Source of the DNA: Actinophytocola sp.
GTDB lineage: Bacteria; Actinomycetota; Actinomycetes; Mycobacteriales; Pseudonocardiaceae
Direction of reading: 5' to 3'
Assembly (NCBI RefSeq): GCF_036402745.1
Contig: NZ_DASWSJ010000124.1
Location: 220 to 64,219 of the forward strand
DNA length: 64,000 bases
Under the pieces are notes generated by a model that saw only the letters and a list, made by a program, of their open reading frames with translations, did no database searches and was not told the DNA's origin. Made by a program: the position numbers and the translations under genes. Positions 60,601-64,000 of the stretch are shown here, piece by piece; the first letter of the stretch is position 1, and each line of letters starts with the position of its first letter.

Positions 60601-60724
60601 CACGGTGCTGGTCCTGCGCCGCCGCCGCGCCCGGCCCGCAGCCGCCGGGGCACCCGCCGAAGCGGCGGAGGAGACAACGGCCGAGCCGGCCAACGAGCCA
60701 GGTGACTCAGGGACGGTGGGCTAG
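57620..60724 (+). CDS. Secreted, membrane-anchored NHL-repeat (teneurin-like beta-propeller) protein
   Basis: Signal AHA/D; repeated YVADTYN.RIRRID..G.I.T.AG and GDGGPA; C-terminal TM + RRRRR. Confidence 0.88.
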   Translation: MPSTRVLATAGVVAALAVAAAAPAHADPARRPGQVVLVAGIGEKGYSGDGWAARDARLSSWLTLDVAADGTVYIADTINGRLRRVDADGVIDTVPGGRGVRSRTTDGPAVDGWTYSPSNRPRASVAAADGTVYLAGSENIRRIDRTGKATVLAGEGDLAFAEGGDGGDGGPATRAWLHDPGDITRDGAGNLYVADTYNSRIRRIDPHGTITTIAGGGTLAPKAAVGRPATTARVPQPARVTVDATGTVYFAEERGTSVFSVGKDGRLGLAADLPPDGVVGGIAVGADGVLYVADRNLGEVRQAGEKGATTLVGPRLAAGITDLAVGPDGDFYVAGDSRVLRVVRGGAAAAGTSPKPGRSPWADDEPGTVHTIAGTGSKPAGAAQVPVTSPGAAGVAVGPDGTVYVAEPERHRVRAIDPKGTVKAFAGTGEPGSDGDGGPAAKAQLDSPNAVAVDSEGFVYIADTGNDKVRRVDPDGVVDTLAEVPDVRRLAVDAAGTVHVTSTGLVARIAENGTVTPVAGGGTRWADEADDAPAREVSLLDAGAVAVDKGTVYFVEDGRPAVRAVRPDGILVTVAGSSYRKDTEGGFAGDGGPAANAELNAPRGLAIGADGSRYVADTYNNRIRRIDPKGTITTVAGTGERADRGDGGPATKAALTEPSGIATDSSGALYVTGTSTGRVRRIDPDGTISTLADLAPAPAGSKATEATLGSVRALAVGVDGTVYLRSVETGLYAVDQHGTIRPVATEAYGPTPTTWGGLAAAPDGSLYLSSGEVVRRYPDGGEVRVAGGGSTKGPPKPGQQATSGQLLANELATGPDGELYLATTDGVYRLTGDGTLEAVLGPAGELGGFTVGPDGTPYAIIDDRVVAVRNGKPETVAGTGSANTADDEKENGGPALDATLSNPFDVAVTADGTLFIATMTGISRVNHDGVIETVLRGGDDAYVTELAVGPGGDLYFEQGGRVRVLVRPAEIDNASGFPWLVVSLVAGALVLGAATVLVLRRRRARPAAAGAPAEAAEETTAEPANEPGDSGTVG

Positions 60725-61492
60725 CACCGCGAACATCGTGACCGACATCAGGAAGTCGCCGGCCTCGGCGCCGGCCGCCACGTCGGTCAGGAACCGGTCG
60801 CGCTGCTCGTCGGTGATCGCGCCGCGGTCGCGGGCCATCCGGGTCAGCATGGTCATCAGCGGGCCGGTCGCCGCGGCGCGGTCCTGGACCAGGGCCTGCG
60901 AGCCGATGTCGTCGACCGCCAGGCCGGCCGCCGCGAGCTGGCCCGGCAGCAGCCGCCCGGCCAACGGGTTGGCGATGCCCGTGCGCATGGCCTTGCTGAC
61001 CACGTCGACGACGTCCGGGTCGCCGGGATGCACGATGGCCGTCGCCCAGTCGGTGTCCGTCACCACCACGCGGCCGCCGGGCCGCAGCACGCGAGCGATC
61101 TCCCCGGCGGCCTTCCCCGGGTCGTGCAGGTGCTGGAACACCCGCTCGCACGACACCGCGTCGATGCTCGCGTCCGGGTACGGCAGGGCGTAGGCGTCGC
61201 CGTCGACGAACGTGGCCGAGGAGCCCGCGGCCCGGCGTACGGCTTCCCCGCGCATCCCGGAGTTCGGCTCGATGCCGACCGCTTCCCCTTGCGGGCCAAC
61301 GGCTTCCGCGAGTGCCTGGGTGTGCTCCCCCGTGCCGGAGCCGATGTCGAGGACCCGCTCGCCCGGCCGCAACGCCAGCGCGCCGAGCACCCAGCCGCGC
61401 AGCCGCAGGACGCCGGCCAGCCGCGCCTGCGTGTCCAGCGCACGAATCTGGAGGGCGAGATCGGCGGCGGAGAAGTCGTCGGGTGCGGGCAT
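60707..61492 (-). CDS. SAM-dependent methyltransferase (UbiE-like)
   Basis: VLDIGSGTG, GDAYALPY, ERVFQH, RVLRPGGR, DTDW. Confidence 0.9.
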   Translation of the reverse strand: MPAPDDFSAADLALQIRALDTQARLAGVLRLRGWVLGALALRPGERVLDIGSGTGEHTQALAEAVGPQGEAVGIEPNSGMRGEAVRRAAGSSATFVDGDAYALPYPDASIDAVSCERVFQHLHDPGKAAGEIARVLRPGGRVVVTDTDWATAIVHPGDPDVVDVVSKAMRTGIANPLAGRLLPGQLAAAGLAVDDIGSQALVQDRAAATGPLMTMLTRMARDRGAITDEQRDRFLTDVAAGAEAGDFLMSVTMFAVLAHRP

Positions 61493-61533
61493 GCCCGCAC
61501 CATAGTCGTGCGCGTCACGCTAATCTCACGTTC

Positions 61534-62178
61534 GTGACCGACCTGCCTGCCGTGCCGGACCCGCGGGACATGCGGGTGTCCAACGACGATCGCGAACGTA
61601 TCGCCCGAGTCCTGCACGACTCGATGGCCGAGGGGCGCCTCACCGTCACCGAGCTGGAGGAACGGCTCGACAAGGTCTACGCCGCCAAGACGTTCGGCGA
61701 CCTGGAGCCGGTGACCCGCGACCTGCCGGTGGCCAACCAGGCCCGGGCCGTCGGGATGCCGCAGCCCGTCGCGTCGCCCAGCCACCGCATCGGCGGCCGG
61801 GGCACGTCCTCGAGCGCGGTCGCGATCATGTCCGGGACCGACCGCAAGGGCGTCTGGACCGTCCCGCCGACCTTCACGTCGATCGCGGTGATGGGTGGCG
61901 TGGAGATCGACCTCACCGAAGCGCGGTTCGAGGACGCGGAGACCACGATCCAGGCGTTCGCGCTGATGGGCGGCATCGAGATCTACGTCCCCGAGGACGT
62001 CACCGTCCAGGTCAACGGCTCCGGCTTCATGGGCGCGTTCGAGAACAGCGTGCGGGACCAGGCCCAGCCGCGGCCGGGCACGCCGCTGGTCAAGATCACC
62101 GGGCTGGCCGTGATGGGTGGCGTGGAGGTCAAGCGCCGCAAGTCCACCCGGCAGAAGAGCAAGGAGATCGAGGAGTAG
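61534..62178 (+). CDS. DUF1707 + LiaF/DUF2154-like domain protein
   Basis: MRVSNDDRE..GRL..E.EERL..DLP; AVMGGVEIDL, MGGIEI.VP. Confidence 0.88.
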   Translation: MTDLPAVPDPRDMRVSNDDRERIARVLHDSMAEGRLTVTELEERLDKVYAAKTFGDLEPVTRDLPVANQARAVGMPQPVASPSHRIGGRGTSSSAVAIMSGTDRKGVWTVPPTFTSIAVMGGVEIDLTEARFEDAETTIQAFALMGGIEIYVPEDVTVQVNGSGFMGAFENSVRDQAQPRPGTPLVKITGLAVMGGVEVKRRKSTRQKSKEIEE

Positions 62179-62223
62179 CGCGGCGGCAACACCGGCGTCA
62201 CGTGGCGGGCGATCATTGGATGA

Positions 62224-63153
62224 GTGCTGCGTTACCGGGTCATCCACGGTTACCGCAGGGCCTACCGGATGGTGGGCAGCGGGCCGGCGCTCCTGCTCGT
62301 ACATGGCATCAGCGACCACTCGGGCACCTGGCTGCCGCTGCTGTCCTCCCTCGCCGAGCGCTACACGGTGATCGCGCCGGACCTGCTCGGCCACGGCGCG
62401 TCGGACAAGCCCCGCGCCGACTACGCGGCGGCGGCCTACGCGTGTGGGCTGCGTGACCTGCTCGGGGTCCTCGACGTCGAGCGCGTGACGGTCGTCGGCC
62501 ACTCGCTGGGCGGCGGCGTGGCGATGCAGTTCGCGTACCAGTTCCCCGAGCGCTGCGAGCGGCTGGTGCTGGTGAGCAGTGGTGGGATCGGCCGCGCGGT
62601 GCACCCGGTGCTGCGGCTGGCGTCCGCGCCCGGCGCGGGCCTGGCCATCCCGTTCCTGACGGCCGGCCCGCTCCGCGAGGTGGTGAGCCGCGTGCTGCCG
62701 TTCGTGCCGGGCCTGGACTTCGGACCGGACCTGGCCTACGCGATCGACCGGTACGCGGCCCTGTCCGAGCCGCACGCGCGGACGGCGTTCCTGCGCACGC
62801 TGCGGTCGGTGGTGGACCTGCGCGGCCAGGTGGTGACGATGCTCGACCGGTGCTACCTGACCAGGGGCATCCCGACGCTGCTGGTGTGGGGTGGGCGCGA
62901 CCGGATCGTCCCGGCGCGCCACGCCGGGATCGCGCACGCGGCGATGCCGGGCAGCCGCTTGGAGATCTTCGAGAAGGCGGGCCACTTCCCCCACCAGACC
63001 GAGCCCGACCGTTTCCTGGCCCTGCTGAACGACTTCGTGGACACGACGACACCGGCCGAGCACGACGCCGCCCACTGGCGCACCCTGCTGCGGGCCGGCC
63101 GGACGGACGAGAATCCCGAGGTCTCCGCCACCACGGTCAGCTCGGGCTCCTGA
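62224..63153 (+). CDS. Alpha/beta hydrolase
   Basis: HGYRRAY, LVHGI, PDLLGHG, GHSLGGG, GHFPH. Confidence 0.92.
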   Translation: MLRYRVIHGYRRAYRMVGSGPALLLVHGISDHSGTWLPLLSSLAERYTVIAPDLLGHGASDKPRADYAAAAYACGLRDLLGVLDVERVTVVGHSLGGGVAMQFAYQFPERCERLVLVSSGGIGRAVHPVLRLASAPGAGLAIPFLTAGPLREVVSRVLPFVPGLDFGPDLAYAIDRYAALSEPHARTAFLRTLRSVVDLRGQVVTMLDRCYLTRGIPTLLVWGGRDRIVPARHAGIAHAAMPGSRLEIFEKAGHFPHQTEPDRFLALLNDFVDTTTPAEHDAAHWRTLLRAGRTDENPEVSATTVSSGS

Positions 63154-63156
63154 CCC

Positions 63157-64000
63157 TCAGGCCACCTCGAGGTAGTCCAGCTCCGCCCATCGGGTGAGGT
63201 ACCGCAGCCGGATCGTGTTGAACCCGGCGGCGAGGTTCACCTGGACCGGCACCTGGGTCCAGGTGTCCCACCCCCGGTTGGGGTAGTTGACCACCTGCGG
63301 CGCGGCGCCGTTGACCGTCAGCGTGTGCTGGGCGTCGCCGTAGCCGGCCGCGTATCCGATGTGGACGGTGTAGGCGCCGGCCACCGGGGCGAACACCGAG
63401 CTGTCCACCCAGCTGTCCGCGTAGTCGATGCCAGCCGCCACCGCGCCCTGCGACGCGCCCGCCGCGCCGGTGCGCACGACCGCGTGGTTCAGCGTGCCCC
63501 GCTCGGCCTCGTACCGGACCCGGCTGCCGCGCACGACCGGATAGTCGTCGGCCCAGCCGAGGCTCGCGGTGTACATCCCGCGGCCGCCGCCGGACAGGTG
63601 GCCGTGGAAGAAGATCTGGTTCCCGGCGACGTCCGCGCCACCCGGCCCGTTGACCGCGCCGTCCAGCGACGCGGTGGTCAGCAGCGGCCGGTACGCGCGG
63701 GTGTACGGGCCGGCCAGCGAGCCGGACACGGCGTAGCTCGTGTGGTAGTTGCCGGTGGTGTACACCCCGGCGGAGTAGAACAGCACGTACTGGGAGGGCC
63801 GCTTGACCAGCACCGGCGCCTCGATCACGCCCTCGTCCTCCGGGCGGTTGTTGCGCAGGAGCTCCACCCGGCCGCCGGTGAACGTCACGCCGTCCGCGGC
63901 GGTCGGCTGCAGCCAGAGGATCGCCGGCTGCCCGACCGCGTTGCCGTCGTTCTTGTAGAGCAGGTAGCGGGCACCGCCGGCGTCGACGAAGCTCGACGGG
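63157..64000 (-). CDS. GH43 glycoside hydrolase with C-terminal CBM (CBM35/6-like); 5' end lies outside the window
   Basis: YLLYKNDGN, VIEAP, YVLFYS, GPGG; RYEAE..., LAAGFNTI, LDYLEV. Confidence 0.82.
   Translation of the reverse strand, partial: PSSFVDAGGARYLLYKNDGNAVGQPAILWLQPTAADGVTFTGGRVELLRNNRPEDEGVIEAPVLVKRPSQYVLFYSAGVYTTGNYHTSYAVSGSLAGPYTRAYRPLLTTASLDGAVNGPGGADVAGNQIFFHGHLSGGGRGMYTASLGWADDYPVVRGSRVRYEAERGTLNHAVVRTGAAGASQGAVAAGIDYADSWVDSSVFAPVAGAYTVHIGYAAGYGDAQHTLTVNGAAPQVVNYPNRGWDTWTQVPVQVNLAAGFNTIRLRYLTRWAELDYLEVA

Overview
High-GC actinobacterial chromosome segment, most consistent with Pseudonocardiaceae (inferred from gene content). The backbone follows the conserved order of M. 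tuberculosis Rv3266c-Rv3309c: rmlD, LCP, TIGR03089, fadE, purE/purK, GtrA, PH-domain, birA, accD/accE, maf, accA, glpD, lpdA, GGCT, amidohydrolase, PNP, pmm, upp. Interleaved are a DraR/K-like two-component system, an ECF sigma-antisigma fusion, two type VII secretion substrate cassettes (YbaB/EbfC-WXG100-TNT-immunity; PE-PPE-EspG), glpFK, a methylmalonyl-CoA mutase operon, an RHH/Doc module and an NHL-repeat surface protein. I found no rRNA, tRNA, CRISPR array or transposase. The most interesting signal is non-coding. Four gene-less intergenic elements (~1.06, 11.4, 36.7, 43.2 kb) carry RecA-NDp/PafBC-type DNA-damage promoters (TGTCGG-N10-TAnnnT, degenerate at 11.4 kb); three also carry TTGTCCACA DnaA-type boxes, and each fires into the 3' end of a neighbouring gene. 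The 36.7 kb copy is flanked by a strand-specific halo of T-ending synonymous codons that fades with distance. A fifth such promoter sits inside the RHH/Doc module and would drive a catalytically degenerate Doc alone. All counts and alignments were done by eye; no database searches were run.
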